64,000 nucleotides of DNA from Elusimicrobiales bacterium (GCA_031082205.1 JAVHLJ010000002.1:12557-76556); one strand, 5' to 3'. Shown: positions 8,734 through 18,296, counted from the first letter of the stretch. Notes: generated from the letters alone by a model not told the origin. Made by a program: numbers and translations.

Positions 8734-8824
8734 GTTTGTTTGAAAAGAAGAGGCCGCCTCCGGTTTGCGGACGGTCTCTTATGATAACACCGCTTAAGTT
8801 TCCTTTAGGTATCAGGGAGGTTTT

Positions 8825-9862
8825 GTGGTTAGGCTCGCCAAGAGTGCGGTGTTAGGACTAATCCTGTTCCCTTCGGTATTTTGCCGTGAAGCGGCGGCCC
8901 AGATAACCTTTCATGTAACCCTTGGAACGGGGGCCGCTCCAATCGAAGAAGATCCAGGGCGCGTACAGTACCGGGAAGCACGCCGGGACTCATTCAACAG
9001 AGACTGTGACGCTCTCAAAAAGCTGCTGGCCGTTCAAGAGCTGGAAGTTAAAATCAAGACGGGACATCTCTTCGATTTCCTGGCGGTTTACGGTTGGGAC
9101 AACATCCTCTCCTCTTATGATCAATGCTACGGCGAACTAAAAAAATATCTGCCTGTCTGGCTGGAAAGGGACGGGAAGCGCGGGTTCTCATACTATGACG
9201 GCAGTTTAATGGTGGAGCCAAAGTATGATTCTGCGTTCCGCTTTAGCGACGGACTAGCCGGTGTCAAGCTTGATGGCAAATGGGGGTTCATCGACCGCAA
9301 CGGAACGGAAATTATCCCGCCGCGCTTTGCGGAGGCTAACCCCTTCTACGAGAATTTGGCCGCGGTCAAGGTGGAGAGAGGCTGGGGCTTCATAGGCCCG
9401 GACGGGAAATGGGTGTCCGCTCCTGAATACGGATACGCATACAGTTTCAGTGAGGGGCGTGCGGCGGTGGAGGCCGGCGGCCGTTGGGGTTATATCGACC
9501 GAACGGGAAAGGTCGTCATCCCTATTGAATATGAGCGCGCCTCGTACTTTAATGAGGAGTCCAAACTCGCCGTGGTCCGGCGCGGAGGGCGGTTCGCCTA
9601 CATAGACAAAAAAGGCAACCTTCTGTCGTCCTTCAAGTACGATACTACGCGCCCATTCGCTTCCGGCTTCGCGGTGGTGGGTGCGGGTGGGAAATACGGC
9701 TATGTGGACCGCAACGGAAAAGAACTGGTTCCGCTAAAGTACGACTATGCCCAGGATTTTTACGGAAAAAAGGCCTGCGTCATGAGAGAGGGGAAGTGGC
9801 GGATATTGGACCGGGAAGGCAGGGAGCATTGGAGATTTTTAAATTGGCCTTGCACAAAATAA
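8825..9862 (+). CDS. secreted WG-repeat (KWG-type) protein
   Basis: GTG start and signal peptide. At least 6 repeats of the form GKWGFIDRNGxxIIPPxF / GRWGYIDRTGKVVIPIEY. Confidence 0.8.
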   Translation: MVRLAKSAVLGLILFPSVFCREAAAQITFHVTLGTGAAPIEEDPGRVQYREARRDSFNRDCDALKKLLAVQELEVKIKTGHLFDFLAVYGWDNILSSYDQCYGELKKYLPVWLERDGKRGFSYYDGSLMVEPKYDSAFRFSDGLAGVKLDGKWGFIDRNGTEIIPPRFAEANPFYENLAAVKVERGWGFIGPDGKWVSAPEYGYAYSFSEGRAAVEAGGRWGYIDRTGKVVIPIEYERASYFNEESKLAVVRRGGRFAYIDKKGNLLSSFKYDTTRPFASGFAVVGAGGKYGYVDRNGKELVPLKYDYAQDFYGKKACVMREGKWRILDREGREHWRFLNWPCTK

Positions 9863-10079
9863 GGGGAAGAAGTGGTTCCGCTTCATGATTATACGCGGCA
9901 ATTCGGCGAATCTCCGCCCATGCCTGCCTTTGCCGGAAGATTCCTCTCGCGATTCGCCAGTCTGCCGCCTGCCAGGCGGCAAGGTCTGCCCCTAACCCGA
10001 AAATTTCGCTCCGGTAAAAGTAAAAAAGCGGCTGGCCCCGGCTATAACCGCTCTTGTGCCCCCTGCGGATAAAATCGTC

Positions 10080-10114
10080 TTGACATATAGACATTTGTCT
10101 GTTATATTAGACAT
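10080..10114 (+). promoter_or_regulatory. sigma70-type promoter with operator-like TAGACAT repeats; probably leaderless
   Basis: TTGACA (10080-10085), 17-bp spacer, TATATT (10103-10108), then ATG at 10115, only 6 nt after the -10. Palindrome AGACAttTGTCT at 10089-10100. TAGACAT occurs at 10088-10094 and 10108-10114. Confidence 0.6.
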
Positions 10115-10741
10115 ATGGGAAGACAGAAGGCTTTTATTTCATATCCTCTGGACTGGGTTTTCGCGGCACCGAGCCAGCTGGCGGTGCTGCGCGCGCTGAA
10201 AGACACCTCCGAGGGCATGAGCGGCAGGGCCGCCGCCCGCGCGGCCGGGGTAAACCACCAGGCTTGCAAGCAGGCCCTGGACCGGCTGGAGGCGATAGGA
10301 CTGGTGATACGCCAAGGTTCCGGCCACACCCAGTTGCTGAGGCTGAATTTCGGGCACCAACTGGTCAAGGAAGCGCTGCTGCCTCTCTTTGCCGCCGAGA
10401 GCGCCTTCCGCGCTCGGCTGAGCGCCGATATAGCCAGAGGCCTGGGCGGGAATGCCGGCAGCGTGACGATCTTCGGCAGTTCTGCCCGCGGCGAGGACCG
10501 GCCCGGCAGCGACATAGATCTGCTGCTGGTAACGGACCGCCGCAGCAAGGCCGCCCTGGCGGACAAGGCGGCGGAGTTCGGCCGCGGCTTCACCAGGAAA
10601 TACGGGATCCGCCTTTCCCCGATAATCTACACCGCCGGCGAAGCCAGGGCCAGGTACGAAGCCGGCGACCCGCTGATAGCGAACATACTGGCGCACGGAG
10701 TGGACCTGCTTGAAAAGAAGCTCCGGGAGATACTGCTGTGA
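10115..10741 (+). CDS. wHTH + minimal nucleotidyltransferase (MNT-type antitoxin-like)
   Basis: N-terminal winged-helix-like region (LAVLRAL..MSGRAAARAAGVNHQACKQALDRLEAIGLV). NTase motif GSSARGEDRPGSDIDLLLV. Confidence 0.8.
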   Translation: MGRQKAFISYPLDWVFAAPSQLAVLRALKDTSEGMSGRAAARAAGVNHQACKQALDRLEAIGLVIRQGSGHTQLLRLNFGHQLVKEALLPLFAAESAFRARLSADIARGLGGNAGSVTIFGSSARGEDRPGSDIDLLLVTDRRSKAALADKAAEFGRGFTRKYGIRLSPIIYTAGEARARYEAGDPLIANILAHGVDLLEKKLREILL

Positions 10742-11151
10742 CGCCGCGGCAGGCCAAACGGGTGCAGGTGCCGCGGCCGCGCGGGCAGGACTACTTCGCG
10801 GTGGCCGAAAGTTTCTTTAATGGCGCGCAGGTTGCCAAAGATTTCGAGTACTGGAACGCGGCCGGAGTGCTGATGGTGCACGCGGCGATCGCCTACACGG
10901 ACGCGCTGACGATACGGTTCGGCGGGGTGCGCAGTAAGGGCGAGGACCATATGGCCGCGGCCGACCTGCTGCGGCAGGTGGCGCGCCTGGACGAGCCCGA
11001 CCTGCTGCAGGTGCGGCATTTCGAGCGTATCATCAACGAGAAGAACCGCGTATCATACGAGGGAGAGATATTCCATCGGAAGGACATCGAGCCGCTGTGG
11101 AAACACCTGACGCGCTACCGCGAGTGGGCCTGCGGCAAGATCCACGGATAA
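10738..11151 (+). CDS. HEPN domain protein (toxin-like partner of the MNT)
   Basis: GTG start in a GTGA overlap with the MNT stop. 137-aa all-helical pattern. Position and size fit HEPN partners. The Rx4-6H motif is not cleanly visible (NRVSYEGEIFH). Confidence 0.65.
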   Translation: MTPRQAKRVQVPRPRGQDYFAVAESFFNGAQVAKDFEYWNAAGVLMVHAAIAYTDALTIRFGGVRSKGEDHMAAADLLRQVARLDEPDLLQVRHFERIINEKNRVSYEGEIFHRKDIEPLWKHLTRYREWACGKIHG

Positions 11152-11267
11152 CACCCCCGCCGTTGCCGGAAGGCCGTCCTTCACGCAACAGCCGGGCGGG
11201 GTTCCCAATTAATAATTAAAAAGGGTAGAATTACCGTGCAAATCATCCCGCTTACACGGAGGCGCAA

Positions 11268-13106
11268 ATGAAAGGCTGGACCGGCTATATCCTGAGGGTC
11301 AACCTCACCGACAAAACTTTTAAGAAGGAATCCTTCACCGAGGAATTCGCTAAAAAATGGGTAGGCGGGCGCGGTTTCGCCTCCAAGATACTTTTCGACG
11401 AGCTCAAGCCCGGCATAGACGCGCTGGGCCCGGAGAACAAACTGGTCGTGGCGCTGGGCCCGATAGCCGGCATCCCCGCCCCGAACACCGGCAAGGTGGT
11501 CGTCGCGGCCAAGTCGCCGCTGACCGGTTTCTACGGCGACGGCAACCTGGGCTCCCACGTCTCCAGCCAGCTGCGCAAGGCCGGTTACGACGCGATGATA
11601 ATAGAGGGCGCGGCCGACAAGCCGACCTACCTCAATATCGAGGACGATAAGGTGGAGTTCCTCGACGCCTCCGAGATGTGGGGCAAGGGCACCTATTTCT
11701 CCAACGAGTGGATATACAAGAAGCACGGCAAGAACGCCGGCGTGCTCAACATCGGCCAGGCCGGCGAGAACAAGGTCCTCTTCGCCGTCATACGCAGCCT
11801 CGAGGGCCGCGCCGGCGGCCGCCCCGGCATAGGCGCCGTGATGGGCTCCAAGATGCTGAAAGCCATAGTGGTAAAGGGCACAAAGCCGATACCGCAGGCC
11901 GATCCCGAGCTGATGAAGAAGCTCGGCGTCGAAGGGCTCAAGAAGGCCCATGACCTGGACCAGAAGAGCGGCTGGTCCCGGCAGAGCACCACGGCCGTGC
12001 TGGGCTGGTGCAACGAGGTCAACGGCCTGCCCGTGCAGAACATGCGCAAGACCTCGCATCCCGACGCGAAGAACGTGGACGGCGAGCATCTCGACGCCGC
12101 CCGCGTGAAGACCTACGGCTGCCCCAGCTGCACCATGCACTGCGGCATCACGATACACGACGACGAGGGCCGCGAGAGCGAGCTGGATTACGAGAATATC
12201 GGCATGCTGGGCCCTAACGTCAACGTGTTCGACCTCAAGAAGGTCGGCTCGCTCAACTACCTCTGCGACGACTACGGCCTGGATACCATCTCGGCCGGCG
12301 CGGTGCTGGGCTTCTACGCCGACGCCATAGAGCGCGGCGCCGCGAAGGGCGACTTCAGGTTCGGCGACGCCGACAAGGGCAAGACGCTGCTCTGGGACAT
12401 AGCCGCCCGCAAGGGCGGGACCGGCAATATCCTGGCCGACGGCGCGCTGAGGGCGGCGAAGGTGTTCGGCGGGAACTCGGCCGATTACGCCATGCAGGTA
12501 AAGGGCCTGGAGATGGCCGCCTACAACTGCAAGTCCATCCCCGGCCAGGCGCTGGCCTTCGGCGTGGCCGCCATCGGCGGACACCACCGCGAGGCGTGGA
12601 TCATCACCTTCGAGCTCAAGAACAGCAAGCGCGAATCCTACGGCCCAGAGAAGGCGGCCAAGGTTATAGAACTTCAGCGCATACGCGGCGGCCTCTTCGA
12701 GATGCTGGTGGCCTGCCGCTTCCCGTGGGTGGAGGTGGGCTACGAGCTGGAGAACTATCCCAAGTTCTTCAACGCCGTCACCGGCCTGGACTGGACGCTG
12801 GATAATTTCTGGACGGCGGCCGACCGCGGCTACGCAATGATAAAGCTGCATTACCTGCGCGAGTTCCCGAACGCCGGCCGCAAGGACGATTACCCGCCGG
12901 CGGTCTGGTTCGACAAGTCCAACGCCGACACGGACGGCCCGCAGAAGGGCGTGGTCCTGGAGTACGACAAGTACGACTCGCTGCTGCAGCACTATTACGA
13001 CCAGCGCGGCTACGATAAGCGCGGCATCCCGACCATGGAGACGCTCAAGAAGCTGGGCCTGGAGGCCGAGGCCGCCGAGGTCTCGAAGCTGGCGAAACTG
13101 AACTGA
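11268..13106 (+). CDS. aor: aldehyde:ferredoxin oxidoreductase (tungstopterin AOR family)
   Basis: N-terminus MKGWTGYILRVNLTD...GGRGFASKIL...GPLTG..APNTGK is typical of AOR. 612 aa. GGAGG Shine-Dalgarno upstream. Confidence 0.9.
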   Translation: MKGWTGYILRVNLTDKTFKKESFTEEFAKKWVGGRGFASKILFDELKPGIDALGPENKLVVALGPIAGIPAPNTGKVVVAAKSPLTGFYGDGNLGSHVSSQLRKAGYDAMIIEGAADKPTYLNIEDDKVEFLDASEMWGKGTYFSNEWIYKKHGKNAGVLNIGQAGENKVLFAVIRSLEGRAGGRPGIGAVMGSKMLKAIVVKGTKPIPQADPELMKKLGVEGLKKAHDLDQKSGWSRQSTTAVLGWCNEVNGLPVQNMRKTSHPDAKNVDGEHLDAARVKTYGCPSCTMHCGITIHDDEGRESELDYENIGMLGPNVNVFDLKKVGSLNYLCDDYGLDTISAGAVLGFYADAIERGAAKGDFRFGDADKGKTLLWDIAARKGGTGNILADGALRAAKVFGGNSADYAMQVKGLEMAAYNCKSIPGQALAFGVAAIGGHHREAWIITFELKNSKRESYGPEKAAKVIELQRIRGGLFEMLVACRFPWVEVGYELENYPKFFNAVTGLDWTLDNFWTAADRGYAMIKLHYLREFPNAGRKDDYPPAVWFDKSNADTDGPQKGVVLEYDKYDSLLQHYYDQRGYDKRGIPTMETLKKLGLEAEAAEVSKLAKLN

Positions 13107-13333
13107 TGAAAGTGACGGTGAAGCTGATAGGCCCGCTCATCTACGAGGCGGGCTTCGGCGAGAAAGTCGTGGAGCTCCCGGGGCCGATGGCGGCCGGGGA
13201 GCTCCCCGCTTTCGTGGGCGTGGACAGGAAGCGGCCCGTCATAATCACGCGCAACGGTCGGGCGGCCGCGCCCGGCGACGCGCTGGCCGAGGGCGACCGC
13301 GTGGTGGTATCGCATATCTATTCCGGCGGCTGA
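13106..13333 (+). CDS. MoaD/ThiS-family sulfur-carrier protein
   Basis: 75 aa ending in ...YSGG (C-terminal Gly-Gly). Start overlaps the aor stop. Confidence 0.75.
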   Translation: MKVTVKLIGPLIYEAGFGEKVVELPGPMAAGELPAFVGVDRKRPVIITRNGRAAAPGDALAEGDRVVVSHIYSGG

Positions 13334-13340
13334 AGGCTCC

Positions 13341-14897
13341 ATGGGCATGAAAAAAAAGAACGGTAAAGCCGGGGCCGCGGGCCGCGGCTGTTCGGCGCTC
13401 TCCCCGGAGAGCCGGTTCCGGCGCATGGTCGAGGGACTTCGCCGCGAGTATTTCTTCTACTGCCACGGCGCCGACGGCGTCTTTCAGTACGTCAGCCCCT
13501 CGGTGCGCAATATCCTCGGCTATTCCGAGCGGGAGTTCCTGAAAAATTTCGACAGGTATCTAATGCCGGGCCCCGCCGCCCGCGAGGTGCGCGAGCGTAC
13601 CGCCATGAGCCTGAAAGGCGTTCGCCAGCCGCCTTACGAGGTGGAGACCCGCCATAAGGACGGGTCCGTGCGGACGCTGGAGGTGCTGGAGATCCCCGTG
13701 CGGGAGGGGGGACGCGTCGTAGCCGTCGAAGGGATCGCCCGCGACATAACGGAACAGAAGCGGGCGCAGGCCGCCCTGGCCGCGCACGACAGGGAGATGA
13801 CCGAGCAGTCCCGGCTGATACTGCTTTCCGCGGGGGAGGGCATAATCGGCGTTGACATGGACGGCAGGGTGATTTTCATGAACGAATCGGCCGAGAAGAT
13901 GCTCGGCTGGCGGCTCGACGAGCTTAAAGGCGAGCTTCTCCATCCCGCCGTACACTGCAAGCGCGCCGACGGCTCCCGTTACCCGGCCGGGGAGTGCCCC
14001 ATGAGCGCCGCCCTCAGCTCGGGCAAGGTCTCCCGGGTGGACGACGAGGTCCTCTGGCGCAGGGACGGTTCGCCGTTCCCGGTCTCTTATTCGTCGCGCC
14101 CCATGATGCGGGACGGCGGCCGGGTAGGGGCGGTGATAACTTTCCGGGACATGACCGCCCAGCGCCGGCTGGAGGAACTGCGCGAGTTCCTGACCCACGC
14201 CATGATCCACGATCTCAACGGGCCGCTGACCTCGATAATGGCCGGCGCCGAGATGGCCTCGGAATGCCCCGCGCATCTTCCCGACTGCGCCAACCGGGAG
14301 CACCTGGCCGTGGTCCGCGAGGCCGCCGCCGAGATGAAGAAGATGATCTCGGACATACTGGACATAAGCCGTATGGAGCAGGGGAAGATGCGTCTTTCCC
14401 CGCGAAAAACCGCCCCCGGCGCGCTGGCCGCGGCGGCCGCGCGGGCCATGGAATACCCGGCCAGGATGGAGGGACGCGCGCTGTCGCTGTCCGCCCCCGG
14501 CGGGCTCCCCCGCGTGAGCGCGGACGCGCCCCTCATACGCCGAGTCATAGAGAACCTTATCTCCAACGCCCTGCGCTACGCGCCCAAAGACTCGGCGGTT
14601 AAAGTATCCGCCGCCGCGCGGAAGGGGCGGGTCGAGTTCTCGGTGGCCGACCGCGGACCGGGGGTGGCTCCGGAGCATCTCGGCAGGGTCTTCGATAAAT
14701 ATTTCCAGTCGGATCCGGCGCCCGGCGGAGGCCGCAAGGGCAAGGGCCTCGGCCTGGCCTTCTGCCGCCTGGCGGTGGAGGCGCACGGCGGGCGCATCCG
14801 GGCGGAGAATCTCCGCCCGCGCGGCTTCGCGGTGCGTTTCGACCTGCCCGCGGCCGGGAAAGACCCGCGCCCCGGCGGGCCGCGCCGTCGCGGATGA
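13341..14897 (+). CDS. PAS-domain sensor histidine kinase
   Basis: Two PAS-like segments. H-box HDLNGPLTSI, N-box ISNALRYAP, G-boxes DRGPGV / GKGLGLAFC. Confidence 0.85.
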   Translation: MGMKKKNGKAGAAGRGCSALSPESRFRRMVEGLRREYFFYCHGADGVFQYVSPSVRNILGYSEREFLKNFDRYLMPGPAAREVRERTAMSLKGVRQPPYEVETRHKDGSVRTLEVLEIPVREGGRVVAVEGIARDITEQKRAQAALAAHDREMTEQSRLILLSAGEGIIGVDMDGRVIFMNESAEKMLGWRLDELKGELLHPAVHCKRADGSRYPAGECPMSAALSSGKVSRVDDEVLWRRDGSPFPVSYSSRPMMRDGGRVGAVITFRDMTAQRRLEELREFLTHAMIHDLNGPLTSIMAGAEMASECPAHLPDCANREHLAVVREAAAEMKKMISDILDISRMEQGKMRLSPRKTAPGALAAAAARAMEYPARMEGRALSLSAPGGLPRVSADAPLIRRVIENLISNALRYAPKDSAVKVSAAARKGRVEFSVADRGPGVAPEHLGRVFDKYFQSDPAPGGGRKGKGLGLAFCRLAVEAHGGRIRAENLRPRGFAVRFDLPAAGKDPRPGGPRRRG

Positions 14898-14913
14898 GAG
14901 GGAGGAGGATATT

Positions 14914-16344
14914 ATGGCTCAACTCGACAGACTGATAGAAAGGCTGCAGGCCGGCCAGGAGGTAACGCTGGAATCGGGGAAACCGCCGGCGATAAAGACG
15001 GCCGCGGGCTCCTCCCCGGTGGCGGCGCAGGAACTTTCCCGCCAGCAGGTGGTATCGCTGGTGCTGGAAACGGCCTCGGGACCCGGTAAAGAGGACGTTT
15101 CGGCCGGTCAGTCCGCCACCTTCGAGTACCAACTGGGGGGGAAGCGCTTCACGGTGGAGTTCTCCGCGTCGGAAGGCAAAGCCTCGGCGCGTGTCTTCCC
15201 CGCCCAGCCCCCGGCCCCCGCCGCGGCGCCGGCCGCCGCCAAAGGGCCGGAGCCCGAGATAAACGCCATGCTGCGCGCCATGTTCGCGCTGGGCGCCTCG
15301 GACCTGCACCTCACCTCGGCCCATAAGCCGATGATACGCCTGCACGGCGACATGAAGGAACTGCCCGACGCCCAGGTCGTCTGGCAGGACAAGATGGCGC
15401 CCCTGATCTCGGCCATAATGCCGCCTCATAACGCCGCGGAGTTCGAGGAGAAGCGGGATACCGACTTCGCCTACGAGATAGGCGGTCTCGCCCGTTTCCG
15501 CGTCAACGTCTTCATGGACCGCTACGGCATGGGCGCCGTTTTCCGGCAGATACCGATAGAGATCGTTACGGCCGAGAAGCTCAAGCTCTCCAAGGAAATA
15601 CTGGACCTCTGTTTTCTTTCAAAGGGCCTGGTCCTCGTGACCGGTCCGACCGGCTCGGGCAAATCCACCACGCTCTGCGCGCTGGTCGATTATATCAACC
15701 GCAACCGCCGCGCCCATATCGTGACCATCGAGGACCCGATAGAGTTCATCCACAACAAGAAGAACTGCCTGATAAACCAGCGCGAGGTGCACTCGCACAC
15801 CCGGTCATTTTCCGCGGCGCTGCGCGCCGCGCTGCGCGAGGACCCCGACATAGTCCTGGTCGGCGAGATGCGCGACCTGGAGACCATCTCCATCGCGATA
15901 GAGACCGCCGAGACCGGCCACCTGGTGTTCGGCACGCTGCACACCACCACCGCCGCCTCCACGGTGGACCGCATAATCGACCAGTTCCCGGCCGACCGGC
16001 AGGCGCAGATACGCACTATGCTGGCGACCTCGCTCAAGGGCGTCATCTCGCAGACGCTGTGCAAGAAGACCGGCGGCGGGCGCGTGGCGGCGATGGAGAC
16101 GCTCTTCGTCAACAGCGCCATCTCGAACCTGATACGCGAGGGCAAGATCTACCAGATCCCGTCGATAATACAGACCGGCAAGAAGCAGGGCATGGTGGCG
16201 CTCAACGACGCGCTGCTCAAGCTGGTGGTGGAGAAGGCGGTGGACCCGGCCGAGGCCTACATAAAGGCTGTGGACAAGCAGGGCTTCGCGGCGCTGCTCA
16301 AATCCAAAGGGATAGAACTCAGCCTGACGGCGCTCGACGAGTAA
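14914..16344 (+). CDS. pilT: PilT-family type IV pilus retraction ATPase with ~120-aa N-terminal extension
   Basis: Walker A GPTGSGKST, Walker B DPDIVLVGEMRD, His box GHLVFGTLHT, PilT signature AISNLIREGK. Residues 1 to ~120 have no motif I recognise. Confidence 0.85.
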   Translation: MAQLDRLIERLQAGQEVTLESGKPPAIKTAAGSSPVAAQELSRQQVVSLVLETASGPGKEDVSAGQSATFEYQLGGKRFTVEFSASEGKASARVFPAQPPAPAAAPAAAKGPEPEINAMLRAMFALGASDLHLTSAHKPMIRLHGDMKELPDAQVVWQDKMAPLISAIMPPHNAAEFEEKRDTDFAYEIGGLARFRVNVFMDRYGMGAVFRQIPIEIVTAEKLKLSKEILDLCFLSKGLVLVTGPTGSGKSTTLCALVDYINRNRRAHIVTIEDPIEFIHNKKNCLINQREVHSHTRSFSAALRAALREDPDIVLVGEMRDLETISIAIETAETGHLVFGTLHTTTAASTVDRIIDQFPADRQAQIRTMLATSLKGVISQTLCKKTGGGRVAAMETLFVNSAISNLIREGKIYQIPSIIQTGKKQGMVALNDALLKLVVEKAVDPAEAYIKAVDKQGFAALLKSKGIELSLTALDE

Positions 16345-16362
16345 CCCCGGCGTCCGGCAATG

Positions 16363-16397
16363 AAAAAGCCCCGGGCGTTCCGCCCGGGGCTTTTTTT
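16363..16397. terminator. bidirectional rho-independent terminator
   Basis: AAAAA + GCCCCGGGCG ttc CGCCCGGGGC + TTTTTTT, lying between convergent pilT and ppnP. Confidence 0.85.
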
Positions 16398-16407
16398 GGG
16401 CCGGGGC

Positions 16408-16692
16408 TCAATCCACGTAGAGGCAGAGGTAGGCCGTGTCTTCGGCGACCTTGAGCTGGAACTTGGAGTCCGGGGCCACGGTGAATTCCGAGCCCTTGGG
16501 GAAATCCTTCCAGTCCGCCGCTCCGGGCAGCTTCACGGTCAGCTTCCCGCTGACCACAGTCATTATCTCTTTCTTGCCGGTGCCGAACTCGTACTCTCCC
16601 GGCGCCATCACGCCGACGGTGGCCGGGCCCTCCGGGGCCGTGAAGGCGATCGATTTCACCTTGCCGCCGAAATATTCGTTAGTCTTGAACAT
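16408..16692 (-). CDS. ppnP: pyrimidine/purine nucleoside phosphorylase PpnP (YaiE/DUF1255)
   Basis: 94-aa cupin. [17 protein letters not shown]...GEYEFGT...E.M.VVSG is characteristic. Confidence 0.85.
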   Translation of the reverse strand: MFKTNEYFGGKVKSIAFTAPEGPATVGVMAPGEYEFGTGKKEIMTVVSGKLTVKLPGAADWKDFPKGSEFTVAPDSKFQLKVAEDTAYLCLYVD

Positions 16693-16739
16693 CGTTCCTC
16701 CTTGTTATCCCTGATCATTTCGTTTCGATAGAGCCGCTT

Positions 16740-18245
16740 CTAAAATCCGTAGATCCCCGAATATTTTTCCTTTATGTAGCGCACGAAAGGGGCGGCGTCC
16801 CGTTCCTTCCCGGTCGCCCTGCGCAGCAGGTCGGCGGGAAAGTACCTGGCCCCGTGTACGTGGATCTTTTCGCGCAGCCAGCCGAGCAGGGGGGCGAACT
16901 CGCCGCGGGCTATCAGGCCGTCCATGTCCGGCATGTCGGCCCGCATCGCCTCGTTGAGCTGGGCCGCCATGAGGTTGCCCAGCGAATAGGTGGGGAAATA
17001 GCCGATGGTGCCCTGCGACCAGTGCACGTCCTGCAGGACGCCCTCGGCGTCGTTCTTCGGGACTATCCCGAACAGTTCCTTCATCCCGGCGTTCCACGCT
17101 TCCGGCAGGTCCTTTACCTTTAGCGAGCCGTCGAGCAGGGCGGTCTCGAGGCGGAAGCGCAGGGCTATGTGCATGTCGTAGGTGACTTCGTCCGCCTCGA
17201 CGCGGATGAAAGACGGCCCCGACTTGTTGACGGCGCGGTAAAGCTCCTCCGGGCCGGTCTTGTCGAACTTGCCGGGAAAGTGACGCCGCAGCCTGGGCAG
17301 CAGCCACTCGCAGAAAGGCCGGCTCCGGCCGACGAAGTTCTCCCAGAAGCGGGACTGCGACTCGTGCACGCCCAGCCCTGCCCCTCCCGCCAGGGGAGTG
17401 AACTCGAACCCGGCCGGAGCGCCCATGGCGTAGAGGGCGTGGCCGCATTCGTGCAGCGAGGCGTAGACGCAGGCGGGCAGCCAGTCGCGCATGGTCCAGG
17501 TGGTTATCCGTATGTCCGAGAGAGAGAAACCCGTGGTGAAAGGGTGGACGGACCGGTCCTGGCGGCCTTTAGTGAAGTCGAAGCCCAGTTCCCGGACCAG
17601 TTCGTCGGCCAGGGCCAGCTGCGCCTTCTCGTCGAAATCGCCCTTGAGCGTGTCGTCGGAGACCGCGGCGCTGCTTTCCGATATCGCCTTTATGACCGGC
17701 TTCATGCCTTCGGCGAGTTCCCCCAGCAGAGGCTCCAGTTCCGCCCGCCTCATGCCCGGCTCGTAGAGGTCGAGCAGGGTATCGTAGGCGGGCTCGCCGG
17801 GAGCGAGGAATTCGGCCTGTCGCCGGTTGAACCCCACCATCTTCTCCAGGTGCGGGGCGAAAGAGGGGAAATCCGAATTTTTCTTGGCCGCTTCCCAGGC
17901 CGCCATGGCCGCGGAGGCGGCGGCGGACATTTCCGCCACGAAGTCGGAGGGCAGCCTGGTCGCGCGATCGTAGTCCCGCTTGAGAACGCGCAGGTAGGCG
18001 GCCTCGAACGAGTCCGGCCCTTTGGCCTGCGCCCAGTCCCAGGTCTCTCCGATCAGCCTGCCGACCTCCGGGTCCGTGGCCTTGCCGTGCACCACCCTCG
18101 CCAGGGCCGACATGGAGCGGGCCCTGCCAGGCGCGCCGCCGGGCGGCATGGTGACGCGCTGGTCCCAGGCCAGGACCGCGCGGGCCGAGCCCAGGGCCGC
18201 CGTTTCCTCGTATCTTTTGCGGAGTTCCGCGAATTTATTTTCCAT
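16740..18245 (-). CDS. M32 carboxypeptidase (carboxypeptidase Taq family)
   Basis: 501 aa. HECGHALY zinc motif, plus blocks DYEPG.., HPF.., IRVEADEVTY. Confidence 0.85.
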   Translation of the reverse strand: MENKFAELRKRYEETAALGSARAVLAWDQRVTMPPGGAPGRARSMSALARVVHGKATDPEVGRLIGETWDWAQAKGPDSFEAAYLRVLKRDYDRATRLPSDFVAEMSAAASAAMAAWEAAKKNSDFPSFAPHLEKMVGFNRRQAEFLAPGEPAYDTLLDLYEPGMRRAELEPLLGELAEGMKPVIKAISESSAAVSDDTLKGDFDEKAQLALADELVRELGFDFTKGRQDRSVHPFTTGFSLSDIRITTWTMRDWLPACVYASLHECGHALYAMGAPAGFEFTPLAGGAGLGVHESQSRFWENFVGRSRPFCEWLLPRLRRHFPGKFDKTGPEELYRAVNKSGPSFIRVEADEVTYDMHIALRFRLETALLDGSLKVKDLPEAWNAGMKELFGIVPKNDAEGVLQDVHWSQGTIGYFPTYSLGNLMAAQLNEAMRADMPDMDGLIARGEFAPLLGWLREKIHVHGARYFPADLLRRATGKERDAAPFVRYIKEKYSGIYGF

Positions 18246-18296
18246 GAGGCCCCCCCAAATGAAAACCCCGCGCCTTTCAGCGCGGGGCGGCGTAGT

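Noticed and set aside
9872-10072. 66-aa plus-strand ORF in the spacer between the WG-repeat gene and the MNT promoter.
   Set aside because: No SD, an Arg/Pro/Ser-rich product and no signal or motif. The region instead contains hairpins (for example TGCCGCCT gcc AGGCGGCA) that are plausibly terminator-like.
11181-12992. 603-aa minus-strand ORF antisense to aor.
   Set aside because: Same reasoning. The plus-strand frame gives an unmistakable AOR, and the antisense product is low-complexity.
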